DNA of 63,470 bases, counting the filler, from Choristocarpus tenellus KU-1152 (Eukaryota; Protista; Phaeophyceae), in NCBI GenBank assembly GCA_964200185.2. It is 12 parts of 12 records of this genome, joined end to end, with 100 filler letters (N's around TTAATTAATTAA, not from the genome) between each part and the next. Parts side by side here need not be neighbours in the genome. Positions count along the whole stretch, not along the records: positions 1 to 8,281 come from CAXNAD020004899.1; positions 8,382 to 11,608 come from CAXNAD020021404.1; positions 11,709 to 18,874 come from CAXNAD020006591.1; 9 more parts are not named here. One strand, written 5' to 3'. The stretch's first letter is position 1. Every line of letters begins with the position of its first letter. The translations under genes and the position numbers were made by a program. This document shows, piece by piece, positions 1 through 11,958 of this stretch. The notes under the pieces were generated by a model, which saw nothing but the letters and a program-made list of their open reading frames with translations, searched no databases and was not told the DNA's origin.

Positions 1-25
1 CATTTACATACAATCCACCATACTC

Positions 26-198
26 AACAGTCGATTTCAAAAATAGAGGATGGAGCTTTTCATTGAGGATGGGCTTGACCCAAAATTGACTGGAATAAAG
101 TGTCGATATGTTTTTTTTTAATGTATTGTATACAGTCAATTTTGGGTCAAGTCCATCCTCAAAGAAAAGCTCCATCCTCAATTTTGAAATCGGCTGTT
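26..198. mobile_element. Hairpin MITE-like element (arms 26-92 and 133-198)
   Basis: AACAGTCGATTTCAAAAATAGAGGATGGAGCTTTT...CCCAAAATTGACTG is nearly perfectly inverted at 133-198 around a 40-bp spacer. A related right end (CCATCCTCAATTTTG...CTGTTA) recurs near 52515-52543. Confidence 0.7.
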
Positions 199-2823
199 AC
201 TCGTTAAATTTAGGAAATACTTCCCATTCATCTGTTCTGAATGACGAAAGTCACGAGTGTGTAGTGCCCATGACAACAGGTCAGGTTAACCTCAGGGAAA
301 ACTCGACTCATTTGTTGTATTTATTTCGATGCCTTCTTACCCTCTTCCAGTAGTCCAAAACCTATCACACCATGCATCGATTTATGTTAAATAGGAGACT
401 GAAGCAGCAAGAATTGTATACAAAACTCTTGTATTCCCTCATTTAGTGAAAGGTTTCTTCAGCAAAGCTCTTGTTGTACATTGATAGGAAATCCATCATC
501 AATTCACTGCTCATTAGCCCATTCCACCTTTTATTTGTTTGGCACTCACTCCCTCAAATAGTGAAAAAATCTGCTGGCAGTCAATACTGACCAAATAAAT
601 GATTGAGTTGTTTCCTCATGACCACCTCACACATTGCTAGCGCGATTCCATTGAATCAAGTCCAAATAATAGTTTTCGTGTCAAGTATCTTTATGCTCAC
701 TCAGTTGTTCGTTCACAAAACTAACTCAAGCCACAGTGTGATGTTTGAAAATCTCGACTGATACATCCTTACATCCAAATGTGTTAAGCCTTTTTTCAGG
801 GGCATGCAGACGGAAGCACACAAGTTACCATGCACTCTTAATAGTACGAGGATACAGGATCTGACCAACTTTGGACTATCTTCCAAGCAGAGTGACTTAA
901 CATCTACCCCACCTGAAAACAAACAACGTATTCTTACATACGATGGTAGGGACCCTCCATAACACCTACTTAAGGTTACACCAATTCTAAAGTAGTAAAT
1001 TATTCGAGTGTATTATCATCTTTTGAGAGGTGAAGCAACAGAAGAAATAGCACCCTCCAGACGATCAAAGGAAACCTATTTCGAATAGTTTGACATGTAA
1101 TAATCTTGTCTCCAGACTTACCTACATAGGTCGCATCTGATGGATGATGTGTACCTTCCTTGGTGTCTTCTGCATGTATCCAAAATAGTGAAAGCATTTA
1201 CAGGTCCTTGAGCATTTTGCATTATGTATGAAAAGGAGGCAGGGCTAGCACACTGGAGAAGAGCTGAAAACAAGTATATTTTTATACGAGCATAGTAAGT
1301 GAACAGTATTACCTAGAATAAATTTGTTCACATGTCAGTTACAATCAGCTACAAATAATCATAATAAATATATCATTTACAGACATCTATTGGTTGTATG
1401 AAATAATTAAAAATCCATGACAGTGACTCTTCCGACATCATTTTATATCCCAGCACAAACTGATAAAAAACCCCGGCACATTGTTGCAGTGGGTGAGCAC
1501 TAGGTTCTCACAGTTGCATATTAATAAGGAAATAATGATGCAGGAAGGAACCAAAGTGGGGAAAAAAGGGGGTGGTGATGCTAGGAATCCAGAACAAATG
1601 TCACTTCCAAAAACAAGTTCAGGGTGGGTGAGCAGGAAGACATTGCATTCCATTCTCCAGCTTGCATTCAAAGGTAATGGAGCTTTATCGTTAGTCAAAA
1701 ATACAAAATTAAACGGAAAACGTAATCATACAACACTATCAAAAAAAAAAAGTCAGATCGACAGGTGATACGTATCCTCACCCGCAACGTCATCACAACC
1801 CCCGAGGTGATTCTGCCACAAAATATTAGACCCCCCATAAAGTTGAGTGGTACAAGGTCAGAAGAGTCCAATTATGTACCATAAAACCCCCCTTCACCCC
1901 AGGGGGGGCATTTTTTTTTTAACACCTGCATATACCCTACCCAAGAACTATTTGATTCATTTCTTCTACTACTAATTTTACACTTCACTCCTTCTGCTGC
2001 TGCCACCATCCAACTTTCAGGCCAGCACAATGTGGTGGTGAATACTGCATAACAAAAGTTGCTTGCAAAATGTACTCGACCCCTATGTTCACCCTACCCC
2101 CCCCCCCCCCCCCCCACTCCTCTAATTTTCTCCACCCACCCCCCCACCCCAACCAACCCACACAAACAAACAAAAGTAAACAAAAANNNNNNNNNNACCC
2201 CTATGTTCACCCTACCCCCCCCCCACCCATGTGATAGCTTAAGTTATCTCAACCAAGCCCCAAACACAAGCCAACTTGGACAATCAAGCAGTGGTAGCAA
2301 GATATGGCCTTCGACACTGGAAAAGTGTGGCTGACACATTCCAGTTACTCTGCCTCTAAGGTACAGCCATCCACTCATCTAAAGCCTCTCTTCCTCAAGA
2401 GGAACAGAAACTTGATCGTGCAAAATCAACTTCACCAAGACTCCAGACTCCACACAACCCAATACACACCTGTAGTAAAACTGGGCAAATAAAGCAATAG
2501 GATTCCCAAGGGCCCCATGCTAACCCACCAGCATCCCACAGCAAAAGCAAGAATCATCAACACAATAATACCCTCAACACCCTGCCCCATAACCAAGGCA
2601 GCGTGTCATAAAACACACCATCCACAATGGCAGCACAGGCGACTTAATTGAGAAATACATTCTCAAGTCTTTCTCACGAGGGTTGAGGAAGCAACATCAA
2701 GGCAAATCTTGAATGCACACAACAACTGCAGGCGACTAAGCAAGAAAAAGTCCGCTTACCAACTCCCCATACTGACAAGTACTCTCCCTCTCTCGTTCAC
2801 TTCTCTCAAAATATTTCATCTCT

Positions 2824-5800
2824 TTAGTTGAGGGCAACCAAGGTCGCCATCCCGCCAGCAACAACAGTTGCTAGAATTCCAACACCCAAGGACGAGCCAG
2901 CATCAATTTCCCTAGTTTGATCCGATGAAGAAGGGGAAGGCGTTTCCCCAGACCCCAGACCCTCTCCAGCAGTCGGAGCCGCTGTAGTACCAGGAGCCAA
3001 GGTAGTACCAGGGGACATTGTGGTAGGCACCATGGTGCCCAATACAGTGCCCATCATTGTGGGGGCTAAACTGGGTGAAGCAGTGGGGGCATCTGTGTAG
3101 GTACCTGCAGCATTATACCAGGTGGAGCGAAGGGGGGAGGTGAAGGGTTGGGCACATACATTTGTGAATACCCTCTTACCCTGGGAAGAAATTAAAAAAG
3201 CAGGAGTGTATGTACGTTGCAAGCTGAACCCTTTCATACTGTTCATTCATTCATGAAATGAAACACCAAATAAGCTGGGCCACCTCTTCTAATCGTGGCA
3301 AGGCAGGGGAGAGCAGTAGGGTACAACTGTATCAGTGACCCCACCCCCTCAGCTAGATCAAAGACACCAAAGACATCCCAAACTAGGCTAGCTTACTCTC
3401 TTGGTCAAAAATAAATAATAAATCCAGGCCCAAGACACAGTCAAGACAAAGAGCCGGTGTATTTTATCACAATTACCTTACAAAAGATTGGTACAACAAA
3501 AGAAGAAAAACAAACAAAGGGTTTCTTCCTGCAACCTCCTCAGGCATGTTGTCAACACTAAAACTTTTATACACAAAACCACTACTCGAGACTTAAAACA
3601 ACTGCCTACAATGTAACCGACTCAATCGATTACACTGTTAAAGGTACTATTCTCATTGCACACACCCCCCCGCAAAGCACTCTTCCCTCAGATGTGGAGC
3701 ACAATCTCACTGATCACTTCGCCACCAAAAAATCAACTCTGTTATCCATCCCATCAGTTCATCTTTGCCTCACCATCAATCATGATGCAGGGAGCCACAA
3801 TGCCCACGTTGCAATAAAGGTTGGTCTGAAGAATGGCATCAACACAGCAGTCCGAGGCACCATTTGTGCCAGGGATTGTGCCACAGCCTGCCCCACCACA
3901 CTGTCCGTTGCACGCCTACCATGATAAAAAGGTTCAAGTATCGTCACAAAAAAAAAGAAAGGTGAGATACACAATGCAACAGAGGGCGAAGGCAACACAC
4001 TACAAACACAAAAAATTGATATGAATAAGAATAAGAATAACATCATCCCCACGATGATTCCAAGAAATGGGGGGAAAAAAAATCGAAAAGCAGTGGAACA
4101 AACATGACAGTAATAGATTTGAGGCTCACATGTAAGTTCTTGCTTTGACGTGGACCTTTTTTTTTTAAAGGCTTTGCGAGTTACCATATATTCATTACCT
4201 TACCTTACCTTACCCCCCACCCTCATTCCCCACCCCCCGGTCTCAATAATTATTCTTAATGTTTACCTCAGCACAGCAGACATTGTCTTCAGCAACTCCA
4301 GCAAAGCCATTTGGACAAGTGGAAGTCACAACATCTTTCACGCCATAGCAGTGTATCAAGGGTGGTGGTGGTGGTGCAGTGAGGAAAGAGGCAAGGTAGG
4401 ATTAGATTAGCACTCGTACATACACTGGAAAAATGAAAAAGAGTCTGATGCAGAGCAAACGACATGGGCTAGATGATGACAACAAAATCTACGATTCCAT
4501 CTCTGCGTGACAAAAAAAACTTCAAAAAAAAATTTAAGATGGAGTCTTGAAATAAAAGCACACTTAGATCTAACTGCAGCAAAGGAGAAGAAGGAAAATC
4601 ACGTGTCTCAAAAGGTCAAACCTGTTCAACATGGTGTACATACAAGATCTCACTGAAATATAAACACATACATTGTCACTCCACAATTTAACATGAGATC
4701 AACACCAACCATGGAGCCAACTATCGTCAATCAGGGTACCAAATATAAATAGTCACCATCAGTGGAACAATAGGAAAGTTGAAGGACCAAATTATGATAT
4801 GGAGTATTGCACTTATACTATCAGCAGTATGTATGTGTATTGGCAGTATACTATACCATATCGATTCAATCTGCCAGTCCCCCAATGTCCAGTACACAGA
4901 AATTTCCAATTTTCCATCTAAATCTTCGACCCTGAAGATCCTTTGGCTACGTTAGGAAACAAGCTGTCAATCAGTATCTACTTCTGGAGAGCATTACAGT
5001 TAGGTAAATGCTAATCTACAGCCTATAATATTTTACTAAGAAGCATCACACAAAAAAAGAACAGTAAAATCAAAACGCGGAATCTTTACAAAACACAACA
5101 GGCCTCGGAACAGCACCAAATGATTTTCTACTGCAGTATAATTACAACTTTTGGAGAGAAATCCTTAACAACACTCTACGGGCTGGAATCAAAGAGTGAG
5201 AGATGCATCAAGAACATACACTGAACCGAATTGAGTACTCTCTCACATCCAGTTTACATCATTAACTTCGATTCAAAACCCTATCCGAAACAGAACGTTT
5301 CCGCAAAAAAAAAGAATTGTAAGCAGGGTACTAACAAATAATAAAAAAACGCACCATATGTAATGATGCAGGGGGCAGCACGAGTATCATTACACGAGGA
5401 TCCAGAGGAGGCAATGGTGTTGGAACAGCAGTCACTTGCACCACCTGTCCCGACGATCGATCCGCATCCCTCACCACCACACTGTCCACAGTTTGAAGCA
5501 CAGCACACATCTAGGATAGGGTCCTCTATTCCTTCTAGGCCATTGCTGCATGTAGTGTTGGAAGCTTCAGCTATGAGGAAAAAGATTGTTCCAGTCGCAG
5601 ATAAGGATCAATAATAATAATAATAACACAGATATTGAATTAGTTAGAAAGTTAACACATTATTCAGGCATAGGGACAATGAAAGGAAGATGGAAGAATA
5701 GAGGGGGGGTGGGGGCGTAAGATTGGGTTTTATAATTTATCGAAAATACAAAGTATGAAAAAAGTTTTCTAATGGAATACCAACAGAGTGAACTACAGTT

Positions 5801-6985
5801 CAGGCAGGTCCAGTGAGGGGATGTCATGCAGATCGTAAAACTTGCATTTCAAAGCAAGTCCTTCACTTGATGCAAAACTCTTTAGTTCTTGGAAGACAAC
5901 ACTAAAAAGTGAAAGCATTCCTCTTAAGGGGAGTTATCTCTATATTTCCACTATTATACATACACAACAAGACAACACACCTGAATCGATGACACAGGGA
6001 GCCACACCAGTGACCGAGCAAAGTTGTGAGCTGGCCATGATGTTTTCAGAGCAGCACATCTCAGCGGTGGTCCCAGGGATCACACCACATCCTGATCCAC
6101 CGCACACACCACACTCCAGCGGGCAGCACACATCCTCCACTGGATCCCTTATACCGGCAACCTCGTCGGTACCAGCACAAGTTCCGTTGACATCGATCAC
6201 AACTGCACAGGTGTGGCAAGGCGAAAAAACAAGGTGGGTGGAGGTGACGGAAAATGTGTGTGGGGATAGGCAGCCAGGAGCATAGCTCATTATGCACATG
6301 TTTGACAGGCCCAACACAGGAAAGGACAAGAAAGACACCCAGATGCACACAACGCACACTTACCACCGGGCAAGATGCAAGGAGGACCCTGAGTGTCGCT
6401 GCAGAAAAGGTTGGAAGCAAGAATATCTGACTTGCAGCAATCGGATGGTCCATTCATTGTAAGGTTGCCACAGCCCGTGCCTCCACATACACCACACTCA
6501 CTTGGACAACAGATATCATTGCCACTATCCACGATACCGCTGCAATCCTGAGCCACTGTTAGACATGCGACCGATGAGATTTGCAGGTTACAATCACTAG
6601 GTGTCAAGATGTACGTAGTACATATATGCGGGATACTCCACGACATTGTAGAAGAAATTGTCTCGATAGGATCTATGGAGTACTCAGTGACATCATCAAG
6701 GTTGGCCCGTTGATGAGCCTTCCACTAAAGCTCAGAAAATATCACCCTATATATCAGTAGGACTGTAATCAGTCGCACTCTCCAACCCTCCTTCAGCAAT
6801 TAAATTTTTTCTCCAACCTCAGCCCAGTCCTGAGCAAGTTTTGATTAAGGGTTATACACTCCAATCAAAGAAGGTTGTAACACGAAACAATGTCGACCAG
6901 GGAAAACCTTACCAACTGGAGCGAAAGAGCACAGGAAAGTGACAACTCCGAAGAGCACGACTGAAGTCTTCGCGTATCCAATCAT
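2824..6985 (-). CDS. Secreted, probably GPI-anchored Cys-rich repeat protein, 397 aa, 7 coding exons: 6985-6913, 6555-6364, 6202-5981, 5570-5355, 4334-4267, 3915-3774, 3104-2824
   Basis: All introns are GT-AG and the phases join into one frame (1194 nt). Signal peptide MIGYAKTSVVLFGVVTFLCSFAPVVA-Q; four repeats of the form C..CC...C(G/NG)xCGGxGC...CC...C...PC; Thr/Pro/Ser stalk; hydrophobic C-terminus LGVGILATVVAGGMATLVALN*. Probable 5'UTR intron 7004-7538. The repeat resembles brown-algal/phaeoviral Cys-rich repeats (EsV-1-163-like, from memory and unverified). Confidence 0.88.
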
Positions 6986-8149
6986 GGTTGTCAACCCCAG
7001 AACCTGCGGTTATCATAGCACATGACAAAGATCAAAGGTGGCATAGAAGCATTTTAGTAAGTCACATAAATATGTAGCGATGCTCTTCACTCCTGAAGGC
7101 GTCCCAAATTGATTACATTAGCCGGGTTCATCCTTACAGTACAAAACACACGTGCAAACTTGTTGATATGTAGAAGTGTGCCTTCACAGTTATTGCTTCA
7201 GGGTGGTAAGTTGAATAGCACGAGACAACCAACGGAAATTAGCCCTGTTTGCAAGATACACTCCTTGCCCGTTCACATCTTCCATCCCTATATATTGGCA
7301 TGAGAGGAGTCAAAACTGCAATGAAAAGCTCTATATTTCGGACACATCCAAACACGCATGAATTCTGGAGCCTATCATGGGATAGGATGTGCTCTTAGAT
7401 TGTGGTATGGCAATAAATGGGGGTACAAATATCAAAAAGAGTTCCTCAACGTGACAGATCGAATTTACGCGGGAACGCTTGACCACTCATCACTACGAGT
7501 CCGCCCTACCACAAGGAACAAATGTTTTCGTGACTTACCACCACTAGGGTACTCTCGGAACTGGCACGACCGCCAACCTTGATGCCTAGGTTTCGTTTGT
7601 TTGGTCGTGAGGGTGTGTTGAGTTGTTACCAGAGCAGGTAGGAATTGTTGTTGTTGATTCTTGGATTTTCTTATGTGGACAAGAAACAAAAACTGCCCGT
7701 ATATCTTTTGTTTTTCCACCGGAGGAAAAGTCAAAATTACGATTTAGAACAAGAAATGGGTATTAAAAGCGTAAGAAAATATCAAACTAACAATCATCCT
7801 AATCATTCCATTATTTAATTGTTTATGAGGTGATGTGAGGTTTGTGAGATGATGGAGTTGTTAGATGTTTTTATATTATTTGTCTACAAGATCAGAATCT
7901 GTGGTGTAAGAGGTAGAAATAGGTATAATAATATAATGGAATGTAAGTGTGAATTATTTGAACGCCTTTTTTGGACACATACGCAGTGACAGTTAAGATT
8001 TTAGAACGTCCAATAATTAATACTTCCTAAGATTTGGGTAATTCATAATATCTATTAAAATTACGAGGTGGAGTGGTAATATTTTTAAACAGCGGATAGT
8101 GTGGTAGGTGATAGTGGGGTACTATAATAGATAGTAGGTTGAAAATAGG

Positions 8150-8281
8150 ACAATCTTCTGCTAGACGTCACCTTCGCAGAGGTGCAGGCAACCTCCCACC
8201 TAAACCACTCATCCACCAGCAATGGTGTAGCTGCTGCTCCAGCCGAGGCGCGAAAGCGCACCCACTATGAGGGCTCCTTTG
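8150..8281 (+). mobile_element. Restriction-like endonuclease fragment of a CRE-type non-LTR retrotransposon
   Basis: Translates as LLLDVTFAEVQATSHLNHSSTSNGVAAAPAEARKRTHYEGSF, matching the RLE pattern DVT...AE.RK..HY. Cut by a linker. Confidence 0.6.
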
Positions 8282-8381
8282 NNNNNNNNNNNNNNNNNNN
8301 NNNNNNNNNNNNNNNNNNNNNNNNNTTAATTAATTAANNNNNNNNNNNNNNNNNNNNNNNNNNNNNNNNNNNNNNNNNNNN
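8282..8381. other. Artificial contig linker N44-TTAATTAATTAA-N44 (also at 11609-11708, 18875-18974, 22056-22155, 25604-25703, 36122-36221, 39238-39337, 44049-44148, 49670-49769, 52347-52446, 55929-56028)
   Basis: The same 100-bp structure occurs 11 times; TTAATTAATTAA gives a stop in all six frames. Confidence 0.97.
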
Positions 8382-11300
8382 GGGGGAGATGGAGGCAAGC
8401 CGGGACCGGGAGGGGCAGGAGGTGGAAGGAGGGGGCGTAAGAAAGGCGAGGGAAAGGGAAAGGGGGGTACAAAACGTGGACGTCCACTGGCAACTCCAAA
8501 GGCACAGGGACAGGCCTCTCCAGTGCCACCTCCTTCAGTAGCTGGGGCAGAGGTTAGTTTATCAAGCTAGATAAGAACTGAATCTTGATCCTGTTGTTCA
8601 CTTGACCCTACCCCAACCTCCCGCGCACACTCCCCTCCCACATTTTGCTAATGCGTGTGTGCCATGGTTTGATATTTTTGTTGCATTGAGTGTTGATGGG
8701 GTTGTGCCTGTTGGTTTGTTGTGGAAGTGTAGCAGGGGGTGGAGGGAGAAGAGGGGAAGGTGGGACGAGGTGGACGGAGGATATTCACATACGAGGGTTT
8801 TTATGCTTGGATTGGGTATCATTGAGCATTGATGACATGGTACTGCGGGTGTGGGTAGGAGCTTGTTTGAGAGGTCTAGTAAACTTTTATTTTTACCAAT
8901 GCCTTGAATAGCCCCCTGTCTTCCCCCATAGCTTTGCAGGAGAGTGTTTTTGGGTATGAAAATGCTGGTTTGATGTTCACCACTGTAGTGGTGTCTTAGT
9001 GGATAGAGGGAAGTTGGTAACCATATTGGTTCAGTTGGTTTTGGTGATCATTTGGTCATTCCAGTATCACCCACAGTGTTGCAAGGGCCCCTATTACTTA
9101 ACAGGTTGTTGACCATGGGAGATTGGAGAGGTAGTGGACTATGGTGTATGTCCAAAGATTAATGTAGATTTATGTGATGCTGCCTTCACCTTTTTTCTGT
9201 ACAGAATGGAAGAGTACTGGAATGGACACAAAAGGGAAAGTGGTACAGGTGCCTGCCCTCAACCACCATTTAATCATCAGTTTTACCCTCTTAGCTTTGC
9301 AGTGAATTCAACTGTACCATAGATTGCTGCAGACTTGCCTTTGTTCTTGGATTAGTGTTGGGCCATTTCGAAACAGACCACCTCTATTGTTGTGTCATTA
9401 TTTTGTTGTGGATAGTGCTGTAGTTAACACAGAAGGTAAGGGCATCATATTTCAGCATCCTCCTTTCCGCCACAGTTGCGATTCCCCCCACTTCAACTGC
9501 CCAAATGCCCCCCCACTCTGCCCACTTGCATTGCCTGTCCCACTGATTCTATCGGTTTGCACTGACATGATGCTCCTCATTTGTACTGTGTTGTGTGGGA
9601 TCCTGCCAGGCACCTGTGGACCAAACAGGTGGTCCACCATGCCCAGGGCTGAGTGACTTCTTTGGCCATGTGCTGGATCTTGCGGAGTTGGAGGGGGCGG
9701 TGGAGGGCATACAATTCCAGAGGGCATCACAGGCATCGAAGGGACTGTCGGCACTGTCTGGAGTCACTCCAAGGCAGCTGGGGGGTCACCTCCAGGTTTG
9801 TGTCAGGGTGCTGTTAATTGATTAGAGTGTGGAGATTCATGTATGCTTGGGTCTGACGTTGGTATTGGGATTGGTGCTTGGGGTTGTAAAATTCATATTG
9901 TAGTAATCATACAATCATTGAAGGACAGGCATAGCTCTTGTTGTAGTATTACAGGTACTGGATTGCTACTCCCACCCTTGAGATGACTGGTGGTATACCT
10001 GTTAGCAAGAGGCCTCTTTTTTTTGTTCCATGGTAGCATTGCCTTTCCTCTGCTGCACTTTTACTTCTTTTTATTTGCTTGCACTTCACTTGTTGGGATT
10101 ATTTGCATTGTCTCTTGTCCCTTGGAAAAGGCACACGTGTGTACAGACCCTCAGTCTGTTTCCACCAGCCTTGCTTTTACTCCATGATAATGTAACTTGG
10201 AATGAACCCAGAGGAGGATACAGTAGAGGACGTGGGTAGGATTAAGTTGACTTTCAGAGGGGAGCTTCAATGGCATGTACAGAGATGTTTCTGCTGCCTA
10301 TTAATTGTTGCAACACTGGATGATGAGCAGCGCCTATGTGAAATTAAGTGTACGTGGTGTTTCTGGGGGCAAAGCAAATGTTGACCTTCATTACCCATCT
10401 TGTTTAACCTTGCAAGGAGTGAAGCAATCTTAAGAGAGGTGTCAATCTGGATTTTGAGACCATTTTGAACCTTGTGGTGAACTAGGCCCATGTCTGAAAT
10501 GCAGTTAAGCCTCATATGGAGGGTGTGGCTGAACAGATGAACAGTTGCGAAGATAGTGTTAACCAGATGTACCCTCCACAGTGCTCAAAATACATTTACT
10601 GCAAGAAATCACCGAGACCCTTAAAACTCATCACCCCTCTTCCTAAATGGCATCATTCATGGTATTCTGAGGTTTGTTTGAAGTCAATATTAACGGCAAA
10701 AGAGAAGTGCATACGGACTGGCCTTGTATGGATCAAAGGTTAGGAGAAAATAGAGATGCCTGATGCATGGACAGACACAAGGGATGTCTGGGGTGAAAGC
10801 AGTGAGGGGCCCTGTTGAATTCTCTGTTTGTATCTGGACATATCTGAAGTTAAAGTGTTGTGTTAGGGGGTGCAGGGGGCCAGGACGGTCGCAGTAAGTT
10901 TGGTGCCACGTGTTGAAGTTGAAGTTGGTGTTCAGAATCAGGGTTAGGGATGAAGGTGGGAATGGGTAGTGGTTAGAGCTCAAGGAATTTTGGTGCACTC
11001 CAAGAGTCTCCCTTCATTACTTGAGGGCATAAATAGAAGTACCTTTGACACTACCTTTGTAACACACACATGCTCTTTGGCTGTGCCATCTATTGGCTAA
11101 CCCTAACCCTAATTCATTGGTTGTACCCTCGTACTTCTAACTTCATACCATGACAAGCATATGGCGGGTCTCTTCTTCATTGAGGCGTATTGATCTGGTT
11201 GTTCAAGGTGCTGTTTTGTCCTGTAATTTGAGCTCTAGCCTTGGTACTTGGTTTGATTGAAACCTCAAGTTGTCCTGATATGGAACCTGATTGTGTTGTG

Positions 11301-11513
11301 TTGTGTGTGTGTTTTTTTTTGTTCTTTTGGTCCACCCTCTCGCTGCAGTCTCTGCGCCTTGATTACCTGGTACAGAGGATGCGCCCAATACTGGCCAAGC
11401 TTATGCATACCAGTACAGGTCCAAAGCAACACAATGTTTTCAACCAGCCTGTGAACCCCATCCGAGAGAACATCCCTGACTATTTTGAGCGGGTGCCAAA
11501 CCCCATGGATCTG
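8382..11513 (+). CDS. Partial AT-hook + bromodomain protein, CBP/p300-like histone acetyltransferase N-terminal part (exons ~8382-8552, possibly 9205-9248, 9610-9795, 11349-11513)
   Basis: The first exon encodes GGTKRGRPLATP (AT-hook core). 9610-9795 splices in phase 0 to 11349-11513, giving SALSGVTPRQLGGHLQSLRLDYLVQRMRPILAKLM...NVFNQPVNPIRENIPDYFERVPNPMDL, a bromodomain with the pre-bromo helix seen in stramenopile CBP-like HATs. Both ends are truncated by linkers and the middle exons are uncertain. Confidence 0.72.
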
Positions 11514-11958
11514 GTAAGTAGGAGAAGGAAAGTACAGAACATAATCTATCCTCATGTTGTGGGGGGGGGGGGTTGGGAGAGGGGGGGAGGGCGGTGCTTA
11601 CTGAGAGGNNNNNNNNNNNNNNNNNNNNNNNNNNNNNNNNNNNNNNNNNNNNTTAATTAATTAANNNNNNNNNNNNNNNNNNNNNNNNNNNNNNNNNNNN
11701 NNNNNNNNCGATGTTTTGAGGGGCGTGGGGTTTAACCGTGTGCTCTTCCGCTTCTATGCCGTGCATTATTGGAAAAAAACCGCCCCCCCCCCCCCCCCCC
11801 CCCCCCCCTCCCCCCGCCTCTAAAATCATTTGTTAATGCACAATGCATTGCACCACCGCTGTTGGTGTATATTCCACCAACCACAAGATATTCTTATCTG
11901 TTTGTCTCCTTAACGTTTCTTCTTGCTGGGTGCCCTACCATTTTTTTCTCTTTTTTAC

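Noticed and set aside
200-1250. Possible decayed coding region on the minus strand
   Set aside because: The part I translated had stops in all three minus-strand frames and no recognisable motif.
2079-2225. Direct repeat around the 10-N gap (similar at 21008-21089)
   Set aside because: Most likely a scaffolding overlap artefact next to homopolymer runs.
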